Assembly: GCA_049975265.1 (NCBI GenBank)
Contig: JBNGDF010000001.1
Span: forward strand, 1-64,000
Direction: 5' to 3'
DNA length: 64,000 bases
Source of the DNA: Fidelibacterota bacterium
GTDB lineage: Bacteria; Fidelibacterota; UBA2242
Position 1 is the stretch's first letter. Each line of letters begins with the position of its first letter. Under the pieces are notes generated by a model, which was given only the letters and a program-made list of their open reading frames with translations, did not search any database and was not told the origin of the DNA. A program made the position numbers and the translations under genes. This document shows, one piece after another, positions 29,139-39,725 of the stretch.

Positions 29139-30380
29139 ATGCGAAAAGCCGATGTATTAGCAGTAATTCTCGGAGGCGGTCAAGGAACCCGACTGTTTCC
29201 CCTGACCAAATACCGGGCTAAACCGGCGGTCCCTTTCGGCGGCAAATTCCGGATCATTGACATTCCCATCAGCAACTGCCTAAACAGTAAAATCGAAAAA
29301 ATATATGTTCTGACTCAGTTCAATACCGAATCGCTGCACCGGCACATTTACGGCACCTACCGGCTGGGACGCTTTACCAGGGGCTTCGTGGACATACTGG
29401 CTGCTCAGCAAACCACCGAAAATATGGACTGGTATCAGGGAACCGCCGATGCCGTCCGTCAGAATCTGGAGTACTTCCGACAGATCAACGCCAAATATAT
29501 CCTGATCCTGAGCGGTGATCACCTGTACCGTATGGATTACAATCAATTCCTGAACACCCATATTAAAAACCGTGCAGATATCACCATTTCCGTCAAACCG
29601 GTATCCCGCCACGAGGCTTCCGGTTTCGGCATTTTGAAAACCGATCCCCAGAACCGGATTCTGGAATTTGTCGAAAAACCTGCTCCCGATCGCCTCGAAG
29701 CCGCTGCCAGCCCCGGACTGCCGTCCGACACTCCCTTTCTGGCATCCATGGGCATTTACGTTTTCAGCAGTCGCATCCTATTTGAAATCCTGCGCCAAAA
29801 CAGCAGTGCTGATTTCGGCAAACATATCATCCCCTACGCGATTGACCATTATCGCGTTTTTACCCATACATTCAATGACTACTGGCGGGATATCGGGACC
29901 ATGGAGTCCTTCTTCAAAGCCAATCTCGAATTGGCTTCAATGAAGCCGCCCTTTACATTTTACGACGAAATATTTCCGATTTACACCCATGCCCGCTCCT
30001 TGCCCGGTTCACGGGTGGACAACTGTACCTTTGAAAACGCCCTGCTGGCGGACGGCTGCTTCATTGCCAAAAGCATAATTAAGAATTCCGTCATCGGGAT
30101 TCGCACCAAAATCGTTAGCAATGCGTTGCTCGAAAACTGTGTCATCATGGGTGGCGATTACTACGAAAACAGACCCCGCAGAGGTATCACCCCTGTGGGC
30201 ATCGATAAAAACTGCGTTATCAAAAACACCATCATCGATAAAAATGCGCGAATCGGCAACAATGTCCGGATCATCAACGAAGCCAATATCCGCAATCTCG
30301 ACCGAAGCAATTACTATATCCGCGACGGAATTGTTGTTATTCCGAAAAATACAACCATTCCGAACAATACGGTGATATGA
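29139..30380 (+). CDS. glgC: Glucose-1-phosphate adenylyltransferase
   Basis: GGGQGTRLFPLT, RAKPAVPFGG, WYQGTADAV, SGDHLYRMDY, EKP, ASMGIY. Confidence 0.96.
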   Translation: MRKADVLAVILGGGQGTRLFPLTKYRAKPAVPFGGKFRIIDIPISNCLNSKIEKIYVLTQFNTESLHRHIYGTYRLGRFTRGFVDILAAQQTTENMDWYQGTADAVRQNLEYFRQINAKYILILSGDHLYRMDYNQFLNTHIKNRADITISVKPVSRHEASGFGILKTDPQNRILEFVEKPAPDRLEAAASPGLPSDTPFLASMGIYVFSSRILFEILRQNSSADFGKHIIPYAIDHYRVFTHTFNDYWRDIGTMESFFKANLELASMKPPFTFYDEIFPIYTHARSLPGSRVDNCTFENALLADGCFIAKSIIKNSVIGIRTKIVSNALLENCVIMGGDYYENRPRRGITPVGIDKNCVIKNTIIDKNARIGNNVRIINEANIRNLDRSNYYIRDGIVVIPKNTTIPNNTVI

Positions 30381-30403
30381 GACCATAAGGAAAGATTCGA
30401 TCA

Positions 30404-31216
30404 ATGGTTTATTATGCCAATCCCAAGCAGACGGTACTGTTCCCGGAACTAATGTCCGCCCGGGACCTGCCGTCCATCACCACTTTGCCGGAATATGACA
30501 AGGCGCTGGAAAATTTCATTAAAATGTCCGATTACGGCGCCTTTATCGAACTCAATATTGCCGGGCTGGAGAAGTCATTTTCCCTCTCATATGATGAGCT
30601 TCGTGTCCCCCGGCGATACCGCCAGAGCCGCTTTGATGTAAGTTCACCGACATTTCATCTCTTTCCGAACACGATCCACAATCATTTCAAGCGCCTGAGG
30701 TATGAGGCACGCTCCTTTTTTAATAAAACCAACAGCGTGAAAACCGGTTTCGGCTATTTTCTGTTTCGTCCCTACTTTTATCTATGGGACCAGCACCTCA
30801 AGAAATTTACCGACGATCTGTTCGATTACCTCCGTCTCGAAGTAGGTGAAAAAGGCTACCAAAAATATTACACCCGGCTCTGGGATGAAGCGGTAAAGTG
30901 GCTGCGCAGCGGGCTGAAACGCAAATTTCACCACCTGCTACCGGCGGTGGACACCGACCTGATTCAGAGCCGGATGACCCGTTTTCGGGAATTGAATCTG
31001 ACCATTTCCCAGCTCGATCCGGAAGACCCGGACTATTTTCTGAACTGCCTGATTCTGAAGACTTTTCATATTCCAACAAATCTGTCCGATTACATGAAGG
31101 GTATCTCGGTCCTCTCCACCTTTAAAACCATTCATTTGGAACATTTGAAAAACATCTCCATCGAGACACTCGAAGACCTGCTGGAGCTGTTACATACACT
31201 TCCCACCCAATCTTAA
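30404..31216 (+). CDS. Hypothetical soluble protein
   Basis: 270 aa ORF packed between glgC and pcm with SD-like AAGGA; no family recognised. Confidence 0.75.
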   Translation: MVYYANPKQTVLFPELMSARDLPSITTLPEYDKALENFIKMSDYGAFIELNIAGLEKSFSLSYDELRVPRRYRQSRFDVSSPTFHLFPNTIHNHFKRLRYEARSFFNKTNSVKTGFGYFLFRPYFYLWDQHLKKFTDDLFDYLRLEVGEKGYQKYYTRLWDEAVKWLRSGLKRKFHHLLPAVDTDLIQSRMTRFRELNLTISQLDPEDPDYFLNCLILKTFHIPTNLSDYMKGISVLSTFKTIHLEHLKNISIETLEDLLELLHTLPTQS

Positions 31217-31230
31217 TCCGGCGAAAACTC

Positions 31231-31884
31231 TTGATACGGTCAACACCTCAGAATCCCGCGGAAATGGTTGCTCAGCAGCTCAGTTGCCGCGATATCACCG
31301 ATCCCCGGGTCCTGCGAGCCATGCGGAAAATTCCCCGGCACCACTTTGTTCCGGAGAAACACCGTGCGCTGGCTTACTCCGATCAGGCGCTGCCCATCGG
31401 CAATGATCAGACCATTTCCCAGCCCTACGTTGTCGCTTTTATGACCCAGGCACTGGATGTCCAGCCGTTATCGAGGGTCCTGGAGATCGGCACCGGCTCG
31501 GGTTATCAAACCGCCGTTCTTGCCAGTCTTGCCCGGGAGGTCTATACCATCGAGATTGTTCCCTCTCTCCAGAAACAGGCCCGGAAGGTCCTGGCTGAAC
31601 TGCATATTAACAATGTCCGTTATCGCTGTGCCGACGGTCGACGGGGCTGGAGAGAGCAGGCTCCTTTCAACCGTATTATCGTAACCGCCGCCAGCCGTAA
31701 CATTCCGGAATCGCTGCCTGACCAGCTGAACGACGATGGCAAAATGATTATTCCGGTGGGTAGGCAGCCCTGGTCACAACATCTGATTCTGCTCAGAAAA
31801 GACCATAACCAACTGAAACAGGATAAACTGCTGGCGGTGCGCTTCGTGCCTCTTGTGAAAACCGGTAGAGGGAAACAGGTATAA
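31231..31884 (+). CDS. pcm: Protein-L-isoaspartate O-methyltransferase
   Basis: IPRHHFV, QTISQPY, VLEIGTGSGYQ, VRFVPL. Confidence 0.95.
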   Translation: MIRSTPQNPAEMVAQQLSCRDITDPRVLRAMRKIPRHHFVPEKHRALAYSDQALPIGNDQTISQPYVVAFMTQALDVQPLSRVLEIGTGSGYQTAVLASLAREVYTIEIVPSLQKQARKVLAELHINNVRYRCADGRRGWREQAPFNRIIVTAASRNIPESLPDQLNDDGKMIIPVGRQPWSQHLILLRKDHNQLKQDKLLAVRFVPLVKTGRGKQV

Positions 31885-31886
31885 CC

Positions 31887-32708
31887 ATGCAGGATCGGGA
31901 AGAGCGGCTTTTCGAGGAGCTGATTCAGACCATAGAGCAGGCTGCCTGCGGCAATTATTCAAACAGTAAATTTGAAAAATTCATGCGCGTCGGCAATCCG
32001 CCAAAAATCCGGCGCCTGGCGACGATTATGGAACATGTCTGCCGCCAGTTTGAAATCCGGGAACAGCATCTGAAAGCTGCCGTCGAGGAACTGCGGGTTG
32101 CCCGCACTGAAATGGAACGCTTCAATGCCCAGCTGGATGCCCGGGTCAAAGAGCGCACCCGGGCTCTGCAGGAAGCCAATTCCAAGCTCGAGTCGCTCTC
32201 TACAACCGACAGCCTGACCGGTATCTACAATCGCCGTAATTTTGATGAGCAGCTGGAGGTGGAATTCGCTCGCGCGAAACGTTATAACACTCCGCTCAGC
32301 TGCATTATGTTCGATATCGATCACTTCAAAAAGGTCAATGACACCCACGGACATCTCTTCGGCGATGAGGTTCTGCGGATGATCGGCATATCTTTGAAGG
32401 AAGAGCTGCGCCGCCACGATATCTTTGCCCGCTACGGTGGCGAAGAATTCGTGATTTTACTGCCGGAAACCGGCTCCGAATGCGCCCACACGGTGGCGGA
32501 GAAAATACGGCATACCATTGCCAAAAAGGTCGTCACCAAAGACGGTATTTCAGTGACGGTAACCGTCTCTCTGGGGGTGGCGGAGCTGGACAATGAGCAT
32601 ATGAAAACCGGACGTGATCTTGTGGAAAAGGCAGACCGCGCCATGTATCACGCTAAAAACAGCGGTCGTAACCGAACAGTCGTCTACTCCCGTGCCGGTA
32701 ATGAGTAG
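31887..32708 (+). CDS. Diguanylate cyclase (coiled coil plus GGDEF)
   Basis: DSLTG, DIDHFKKVND, I-site RRHD, active site RYGGEEF. Confidence 0.93.
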   Translation: MQDREERLFEELIQTIEQAACGNYSNSKFEKFMRVGNPPKIRRLATIMEHVCRQFEIREQHLKAAVEELRVARTEMERFNAQLDARVKERTRALQEANSKLESLSTTDSLTGIYNRRNFDEQLEVEFARAKRYNTPLSCIMFDIDHFKKVNDTHGHLFGDEVLRMIGISLKEELRRHDIFARYGGEEFVILLPETGSECAHTVAEKIRHTIAKKVVTKDGISVTVTVSLGVAELDNEHMKTGRDLVEKADRAMYHAKNSGRNRTVVYSRAGNE

Positions 32709-32771
32709 AAAAGCCTTTGTATGCTTGCCTGCAGAGCTGTATATTCCGTCCTGAGTAATGTTAATGTATGA

Positions 32772-35012
32772 ATGAAAATATTCACTCTTCTTTTAACCAT
32801 ATTTCTGATTGCCGTTAAACCACTATTCGCGCAGAATTATCTCTGGCCGACGAATTCCGGTCGCTATCTGAGCTCCAGTTTTGGCGAATATCGTGACGGT
32901 CACTTCCACTCCGGAATCGACATCAAGACCAATTACCGCACCGGCTATCCGGTCTTTGCGGTGGCAGACGGCTATGTCTGGCGGGTACGGACCTCACCCT
33001 TTGGCTATGGCAAAGCTGTCTATGTCAAGCACGATGACGGCAACCTGTCAGTCTACGGACATCTCGACGAATTTACTCAATTTATCAATGCCTATGTCCT
33101 GGCAGAGCAGATGCTCCGGAAACGGTATCACACCGATATCTATTTTCAGGAAAATGAATTCCGGGTGGCGCGCGGTGACACCATCGCCTATACGGGAACA
33201 ACCGGCACCAAACATCCTCATCTGCATTTTGAAGTCCGCACACCCGATAATCGCCTGATCAACCCACTGAATACGAACCTGAAAATCTACGATCCCACCA
33301 TCCCAACCATTCAGGCGCTGGCGGTGGTACCCATCAACGAATCCTCCCGAATCAACGGGCAGGCAAACTTTCAGATTTTTGAGGCTGCCTATATCCATAA
33401 AAAACTTTTTCGGATTGCTGATACCATCGCCGTCAACGGTCCCGTCGGGCTGGAGCTGAAAACACATGACACCGTGCGCGGTGTTCCGAATTTCTACAAT
33501 CCCTACGGGATTCGCCTTTATGTCGATGACAGCCTCTATTTTTATGTCCAGTATGACAGCTTTGATTTTGATGAAACCCATCTCATCAACCTGGATCGCA
33601 ACTATCAGTTCAATCAATCCGGTTATGGTCATTTTCATCGGCTCTGGTGCAAAGACTATGCCAACAATTTACGTTTCTATACCTTGTCTCCGGGTGACGG
33701 TATCCTCAGGCTGGAGCACGGCGCCCACCATATAATAATCGAGGTATATGATAAATATATGAACACCTCGAGTCTCCATCTTAACCTCGTTGCGGCATCC
33801 CCATTTGAACCAAAATTGAAACTGTTTTCCAGATCAGATAAATCTGTCGACGCTCTTTTCGACATAAACGGAACCGATTCGGTAACCATTGACGCCGCCT
33901 GGGTCACCTCCGAAGATGCTGTTATTGAACCGGCTCAGATCGAGAATAGCATCATTGATTCAACCGGTTTAGCCGTCCGGATCACCATTCCCGATACCAC
34001 TCCGGAGGCAATCCTAAAAATATTCCTCTGCCCGAGCCAAAATAATCAAAAACGCCCCTTTTACTTCAATCTCTTCTGTGATCAGCGGGTTCTATCAACC
34101 ACGCCGTTAGTGTCGTTTATTCATAATCACAACACTTTCCTGTGTCTGGCGACTTTCGACAAAGCACCTGCCATTCGACCAACGTTCTATTGTCATACTC
34201 CTTCAGCCCTAATGGATATTCCGGCGGTATCCCTCAATCCCCGAAACTATATCAGCAACCCGATCCCGCTTGCCACACTTGAGTACGCCATTGCTCTGGA
34301 ATGGCGTTACAACGACACGCCCGAAAACATCCTGCGAATCCCCTGCCGGTTCAAGCTGGCGACTCCCGGAAGTTCAACAAGCCACTTCTCCGCAGATTCA
34401 ATTTTTGCCGCACGTTTTGATGCCAATTCGGTTTATGATACCCTGGCAATCTGGATCGCCCAAAATTCATTGAATCGCAGTCATGAATTCCCATTTTATT
34501 CTGATCTCTATACTATCAACCCCGTTGAGCAGCCGCTTAAATCCACCATTTCAATCGAGATGAATGTCCCCACCGGAGCAGAGAACCCGGATAAAATCGG
34601 GGTCTACCAGCTGGATGATGACAAATGGAAATTTCTGAACAATACCCTGATTGCAGACAACGGCAGCATGCGCGCCAAGACAAACAAACTGGGTTCCTTC
34701 GCTCTTATCAAAGACAGCCAGCCGCCCGAAATTACGGACATTTTCCCCGGCAACGGCGGTCGTTTCCGCGCCCGGGATATTGTTTATATCAGCGCCATCG
34801 TGAAGGACCAACTGTCGGGAATCAAAGACGACACCGCCATCTCCGTTATGTTGAACGATCGTCCGCTATATGTGGAATACAACGCCCCTAAAAATCACAT
34901 TCGTTACAAAATTGCAGGCGGTCTGCCCGCCGGTCAGCACACCCTGAAAATCACCGTTGTGGATAACGCTAATAACCAGACAACGGGCAGCAGCACCTTT
35001 ACTGTATACTAA
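32772..35012 (+). CDS. Secreted M23 family metallopeptidase with C-terminal Ig-like domains
   Basis: HSGID, YGHL and HLHFEVR motifs; signal peptide. Confidence 0.88.
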   Translation: MKIFTLLLTIFLIAVKPLFAQNYLWPTNSGRYLSSSFGEYRDGHFHSGIDIKTNYRTGYPVFAVADGYVWRVRTSPFGYGKAVYVKHDDGNLSVYGHLDEFTQFINAYVLAEQMLRKRYHTDIYFQENEFRVARGDTIAYTGTTGTKHPHLHFEVRTPDNRLINPLNTNLKIYDPTIPTIQALAVVPINESSRINGQANFQIFEAAYIHKKLFRIADTIAVNGPVGLELKTHDTVRGVPNFYNPYGIRLYVDDSLYFYVQYDSFDFDETHLINLDRNYQFNQSGYGHFHRLWCKDYANNLRFYTLSPGDGILRLEHGAHHIIIEVYDKYMNTSSLHLNLVAASPFEPKLKLFSRSDKSVDALFDINGTDSVTIDAAWVTSEDAVIEPAQIENSIIDSTGLAVRITIPDTTPEAILKIFLCPSQNNQKRPFYFNLFCDQRVLSTTPLVSFIHNHNTFLCLATFDKAPAIRPTFYCHTPSALMDIPAVSLNPRNYISNPIPLATLEYAIALEWRYNDTPENILRIPCRFKLATPGSSTSHFSADSIFAARFDANSVYDTLAIWIAQNSLNRSHEFPFYSDLYTINPVEQPLKSTISIEMNVPTGAENPDKIGVYQLDDDKWKFLNNTLIADNGSMRAKTNKLGSFALIKDSQPPEITDIFPGNGGRFRARDIVYISAIVKDQLSGIKDDTAISVMLNDRPLYVEYNAPKNHIRYKIAGGLPAGQHTLKITVVDNANNQTTGSSTFTVY

Positions 35013-35017
35013 AGCAG

Positions 35018-35710
35018 ATGTTCATACCGCTGAAAGATTCAACTTTCCGACTCAGTCCGCCGATTGTCACGATCCTGATTATCATTATTAATATCGGTGT
35101 TTTTATCTACCAGGCGAGTCTTTCACAGGAAGCCTTACAAGCCTGGGTCTATTCCACCGGTATTATTGCAAACCGCTTATTTGACCACGGGGTCATCGGT
35201 GCGGTCACGCCCTTTTTCAGTTCTCTCTTTGTTCACAGCGGTTTTCTCCACCTTGCCGGCAACATGCTCTATCTCTGGATTTTCGGCGACAATATTGAGG
35301 GCACTCTGGGACATTTTAAGTTTATTCTTTTCTATTTCTGCGCCGGTATCATCGCCGCTCTCGTACAGATTCTCATTTACCCTCAAGCCGACATTCCAAT
35401 CATTGGTGCCAGTGGTGCTATATCGGGGATTCTGGGCGCTTATTTAATCCGCTATCCCCACGCCAGAATTCAGGTATTCATCTGGTTTTTTATTTTCATC
35501 CGCCGGGTCTGGATTCCGGCACTGTACGTTCTGGGATTCTGGTTTTTACTGCAAATCAGTAACGGTCTGGGAGCGCTGACCTTTCAACAGCAGGGCGGGG
35601 TCGCCTGGTTTGCGCATATTGGTGGATTTTTAGCCGGGATTGCCTTATTATTATGGTTGGAACCCTATGAAAGGAAACGATTATGGCAGCAATTAAACCG
35701 GAAATATTAA
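35018..35710 (+). CDS. Rhomboid family intramembrane serine protease
   Basis: HLAGNMLYLWIFGDNIE, GASGA, AHIGGF. Confidence 0.92.
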   Translation: MFIPLKDSTFRLSPPIVTILIIIINIGVFIYQASLSQEALQAWVYSTGIIANRLFDHGVIGAVTPFFSSLFVHSGFLHLAGNMLYLWIFGDNIEGTLGHFKFILFYFCAGIIAALVQILIYPQADIPIIGASGAISGILGAYLIRYPHARIQVFIWFFIFIRRVWIPALYVLGFWFLLQISNGLGALTFQQQGGVAWFAHIGGFLAGIALLLWLEPYERKRLWQQLNRKY

Positions 35711-36090
35711 AACAGCATGCCCAAAAGGCAGTGACGTTTTCCCATTCGCCCTTTTCAAAATACCCGGTCGGCGCCGCTCTCCTGACGGAGGACGGAACAA
35801 TTTTTGAAGGATGTAATATCGAATCCAGCTCCTACGGACTGACCGTTTGCGCCGAACGTAATGCCATTGCCGCGGCTGTGGTCAAGGGTCATACAACATT
35901 CAAAGCCCTCGCCGTCTATTCAATCAATGGCGCCACTCCCTGCGGTGCCTGCCGCCAGGTCATCTGGGACATCTGTGGTAACATTCCCATTTATATCTTT
36001 TCGAAAGAAAACTCTCCGAAAATGTACTATTCCGGAGACCTTTTACCCGCCCCTTTCGACAACACCAAGCTCGAGAAAGAAACCACCTGA
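35683..36090 (+). CDS. cdd: Cytidine deaminase (homotetrameric type)
   Basis: VGAAL, GCNIE, CAERNA, PCGACRQ. Confidence 0.95.
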   Translation: MAAIKPEILKQHAQKAVTFSHSPFSKYPVGAALLTEDGTIFEGCNIESSSYGLTVCAERNAIAAAVVKGHTTFKALAVYSINGATPCGACRQVIWDICGNIPIYIFSKENSPKMYYSGDLLPAPFDNTKLEKETT

Positions 36091-36719
36091 TGAAACAGTC
36101 TATTCTTATTGGTATCGCTGGCGGAACCGGCTCCGGCAAAACATCCATGGCAAAAAACATTGTCCGCGATTTCAATCCCGATCAGGTCGTTATTATCGAA
36201 CAGGATTCCTACTATTTCGACCTAAAAGACATTCCACTGGACGCCCGCCACCACCACAACTTCGACCACCCCGAAGCGTACGACTTCGAGTTGATGAAAC
36301 AGCAGATCCGTGATCTGATCAACGGTCGCTCTGTCAAAATCCCCATTTACGATTACAAAACCCACACCCGCAGCACCGAAGTTCACCGCGTCAACGGTCA
36401 CAAAATCATCGTCCTCGAGGGCATTATGGTTCTCTTTGATCCCGAGCTGCGGGATTTAATGGACATCAAGATTTATATCCAAACCGCCCCGGACATCCGC
36501 TTTATCCGGCGGCTGACACGGGACCTTAAATACCGGGGACGCTCTGTGGATTCCGTCATCAATCAGTATCTGGATACCGTCCGCCCCATGCATGAGCAGT
36601 TCATCGAGCCCACCAAACAGTACGCCGATATCATCATTCCGGAAGGGGGGCATAATACCGTCGCTGTGGACCTTTTTAAAACCAAAGTGACATCATTGCT
36701 AAAACAGCTGGCAAAATAG
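36090..36719 (+). CDS. udk: Uridine kinase
   Basis: [35 protein letters not shown]. Confidence 0.95.
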   Translation: MKQSILIGIAGGTGSGKTSMAKNIVRDFNPDQVVIIEQDSYYFDLKDIPLDARHHHNFDHPEAYDFELMKQQIRDLINGRSVKIPIYDYKTHTRSTEVHRVNGHKIIVLEGIMVLFDPELRDLMDIKIYIQTAPDIRFIRRLTRDLKYRGRSVDSVINQYLDTVRPMHEQFIEPTKQYADIIIPEGGHNTVAVDLFKTKVTSLLKQLAK

Positions 36720-36780
36720 ACCCTATTTTGATAACATTAACCAAATTACGAATAATAAATGCATAAATCAGGAATTCGAA

Positions 36781-37389
36781 ATGCACAATCATACCATGCG
36801 CAGTTACCCCATGGGCATTGAGGAGGTCATCGCACTCACCGGAAAACCTTCCGGCTGGATCGAGGTGATCTGCGGCAGTATGTTTTCCGGGAAAACCGAG
36901 GAGCTGATCCGCCGGCTGCGGCGGGCACAGATTGCCAGGCAGAAGGTGGCGATTTTCAAGCCACTCCTGGATGTCCGTTATAGTGAAGACCACATCGTCT
37001 CGCACAATCAGCAGAAAATTCCCTCTATCGCCGTGGAAAAGGCAGAAGAGATTCTCGGGCTCGTGGGGGATGCTCAGGTTTTGGGAATCGACGAGGCGCA
37101 GTTTTTTGATAACTCGCTGGTTACTGTCTGCCGGCAACTGGCGAAAGCCGGGCGGCGGGTCATTGTGGCGGGTCTGGACAAAGATTACCGGGGCGAACCC
37201 TTTGAACCGATTCCTCAACTGCTTTGTGAAGCCGAATATATCACAAAAACTCTGGCGATCTGCATGAAATGCGGCAATCCCGCCAGCTATACCCAGCGCA
37301 TATCCAACTCCAGCGAGCGGGTCCTGCTGGGTGCCACCGATACCTACGAAGCCCGCTGCCGTAACTGTTTCGAACCTCCGGAAAAATGA
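36781..37389 (+). CDS. tdk: Thymidine kinase (type II)
   Basis: [28 protein letters not shown] and YEARCRNC zinc site. Exact start uncertain. Confidence 0.95.
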   Translation: MHNHTMRSYPMGIEEVIALTGKPSGWIEVICGSMFSGKTEELIRRLRRAQIARQKVAIFKPLLDVRYSEDHIVSHNQQKIPSIAVEKAEEILGLVGDAQVLGIDEAQFFDNSLVTVCRQLAKAGRRVIVAGLDKDYRGEPFEPIPQLLCEAEYITKTLAICMKCGNPASYTQRISNSSERVLLGATDTYEARCRNCFEPPEK

Positions 37390-37420
37390 CATTGTACCGA
37401 TTTATATAAAGGAAATCGCT

Positions 37421-39055
37421 ATGCGTTTTGTCGGCATCCTCGGAATTCTCACGCTGCTTGGAATCGCCTTTTTAATGTCCAACAACCGCAACAAGATCAA
37501 CGCCCGGACCGTCATCTGGGGTTTGTTATTGCAGCTGCTATTTGCCGCTATCATTTTGGGAGCGCCGCCGGTTTCCTATTGTGCCATGCTGGTTTTTGTC
37601 GGTCTTATCGTTCTGTATCTCTTCAAGGATGAAATCAATGCCGGGTTCATCGGAAACAGCTCCTATCTTTCTGCTTTCGTCATCAGTCTTTTTGTACTCA
37701 TCACCGGAGCCGTTTTCTATCTGCTTAACCGGCTGGACGTCCTGGGGTATCTCTGGTGGTTGATACTTATCGCGGTCTTCCTCAAGGCGGTTTTTAAAAT
37801 TCCCCGGTACCAGCAATATCTGGTTGCCGGACTGCTGACCGCCGGTTATGTCTGGCTCATCACCCACGGCTACACCGGACATATCATCTTTTCAGCTGTC
37901 AGTCATCGGGTAGAGAATTTTTTAGCGCTGGCAGACCTGGGCGCAGAATTTCTCTTCGGGAATCTGGCGATTCCCAAATATTACTATCCGGACTCCGACT
38001 TCTGGCCGGGATTTGGTTATCTTTTCGGCTTCAAGGTTCTGCCGGTGATTATCTTTTTCGGTGCTTTCATGTCAATCCTATACCATCTGGGTATCATGCA
38101 GGTGGTGGTAAAGTGGATGGCCCGCTTTATGCAATGGACAATGGGGACCAGCGGTAGTGAAACCCTCTCCTGTTCAGCCAATATATTTGTCGGACAAACC
38201 GAGGCGCCGTTGCTGATCCGGCCGTTTATAAGCAGCATGACCATGTCGGAGCTATTAACCATCATGGTCGGCGGATTTGCCACCATTGCCGGGGGCGTAC
38301 TGGCGGGTTATATCGCGATGGGAGTCAGCGCAATTCATCTCATATCAGCCAGCGTAATGTCGGCTCCGGCGGCGCTGGTGGTTGCAAAAATCATTTTTCC
38401 CGAAACCCAGATCTCAAAGACGGCGGGAGATGCGGAGCTTCCCAAAGATATCATCAAAACCCGTAATCTGCTGGACGCCGCCAGTACGGGTGCCACCGAC
38501 GGATTGAAACTGGCGGTAAATGTCGGTGCTATGCTGATCGCCTTTATTGCGCTGATCGGGTTCGTCGATACTATTCTCTCCTTCGCCGACCGGCTGATCG
38601 ACGGCAGGCTGCTTGGCGGAACACTGTATCACTACACCAACGCCAGCGCGCTGTCACCCGTCAGTTGCGAATATACCGGAATATTTCCGGGCAGTCTAAA
38701 AACCTTTTTTGCCACGGTGCTGAGCCCGCTAGCCTGGCTGATGGGCGTTTCCTGGCAGTACGCCGGGGAGGTGGGCAATCTGCTGGGGATCAAGCTGGCG
38801 CTCAACGAATTCGTGGCGTATGGCTCGCTGGCGGAACTGATTCACAATCAGGTCATGGATGAAAAAGCCGTCGTAATCTCCACCTATGCGCTGTGCGGGT
38901 TCGCCAATTTCTCATCCATCGGTATTCAGATCGGCGGGATCAGCGCCCTGGCACCGGAGAGACGTTCTGACCTCTCAAAAATCGCACTGAAAGCTATGTT
39001 CGGTGGTGCCATTGCCAGCTGGCTGACCGCCTCCATTGCCGGAATACTACTATAA
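37421..39055 (+). CDS. nupC: Concentrative nucleoside transporter (NupC/CNT family) with an N-terminal TM insertion
   Basis: NIFVGQTEAPL, GGFATIAGG, NEFVAY, CGFANFSSIGIQIGG. ATG 37421 follows SD AAGGA. Confidence 0.9.
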   Translation: MRFVGILGILTLLGIAFLMSNNRNKINARTVIWGLLLQLLFAAIILGAPPVSYCAMLVFVGLIVLYLFKDEINAGFIGNSSYLSAFVISLFVLITGAVFYLLNRLDVLGYLWWLILIAVFLKAVFKIPRYQQYLVAGLLTAGYVWLITHGYTGHIIFSAVSHRVENFLALADLGAEFLFGNLAIPKYYYPDSDFWPGFGYLFGFKVLPVIIFFGAFMSILYHLGIMQVVVKWMARFMQWTMGTSGSETLSCSANIFVGQTEAPLLIRPFISSMTMSELLTIMVGGFATIAGGVLAGYIAMGVSAIHLISASVMSAPAALVVAKIIFPETQISKTAGDAELPKDIIKTRNLLDAASTGATDGLKLAVNVGAMLIAFIALIGFVDTILSFADRLIDGRLLGGTLYHYTNASALSPVSCEYTGIFPGSLKTFFATVLSPLAWLMGVSWQYAGEVGNLLGIKLALNEFVAYGSLAELIHNQVMDEKAVVISTYALCGFANFSSIGIQIGGISALAPERRSDLSKIALKAMFGGAIASWLTASIAGILL

Positions 39056-39069
39056 ATGATGAAGGAGTA

Positions 39070-39723
39070 ATGCGCATGAAAATGATTCTGTTGGGTCCCC
39101 CCGGTGTCGGTAAAGGCACACAGGCTCAGATTTTATCCAAAGAGTACGGAATTCCTCAAATTTCCACCGGCGATATCTTACGCTCGGCAATTCAGGCAGA
39201 CTCAGAACTAGGAAAAAAGGCTAACCAGTATATGTCCCAAGGGGAGCTGGTTCCCGATGAGATCATGCTGGGACTGATCCGGGAGCGTCTGTTCGGCGAC
39301 GATTCTCCCGAAGGATATATTCTGGACGGATTTCCGCGTACACTGGTCCAGGCGGAAGCGTTGAATCAGCTGTTTGCAGAAAATAAAACCCGACTGGATA
39401 TCGTCCTGCTGCTGGACGCCGATGAGGAGCTGATTCTGAAACGTTTGTCATCCCGGCGGGTCTGTCGTAAGTGCAAGGCAGTCTACAATCTGCTGACTCA
39501 ACCTCCGGCGGTGAACGGGATTTGTGACAAATGCGGCGGTCCGCTCTACCAGCGTGATGATGACAAAATTGAAACCATTCAAAACAGGCTTGCCGTCTAC
39601 AGACGCCAAACCGAACCGCTCATCAATTTCTATAAATCCATCAATCTCCTGAAAACCGTCGATTCATCAGGGAACCCGCGGGAGGTTCACCAAAATATCA
39701 TGAAACAACTGGAGGGGAACTAA
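39070..39723 (+). CDS. adk: Adenylate kinase
   Basis: GPPGVGKGTQ, STGDILR, LDGFPRT, zinc lid CRKC...CDKC. Confidence 0.96.
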   Translation: MRMKMILLGPPGVGKGTQAQILSKEYGIPQISTGDILRSAIQADSELGKKANQYMSQGELVPDEIMLGLIRERLFGDDSPEGYILDGFPRTLVQAEALNQLFAENKTRLDIVLLLDADEELILKRLSSRRVCRKCKAVYNLLTQPPAVNGICDKCGGPLYQRDDDKIETIQNRLAVYRRQTEPLINFYKSINLLKTVDSSGNPREVHQNIMKQLEGN

Positions 39724-39725
39724 TC

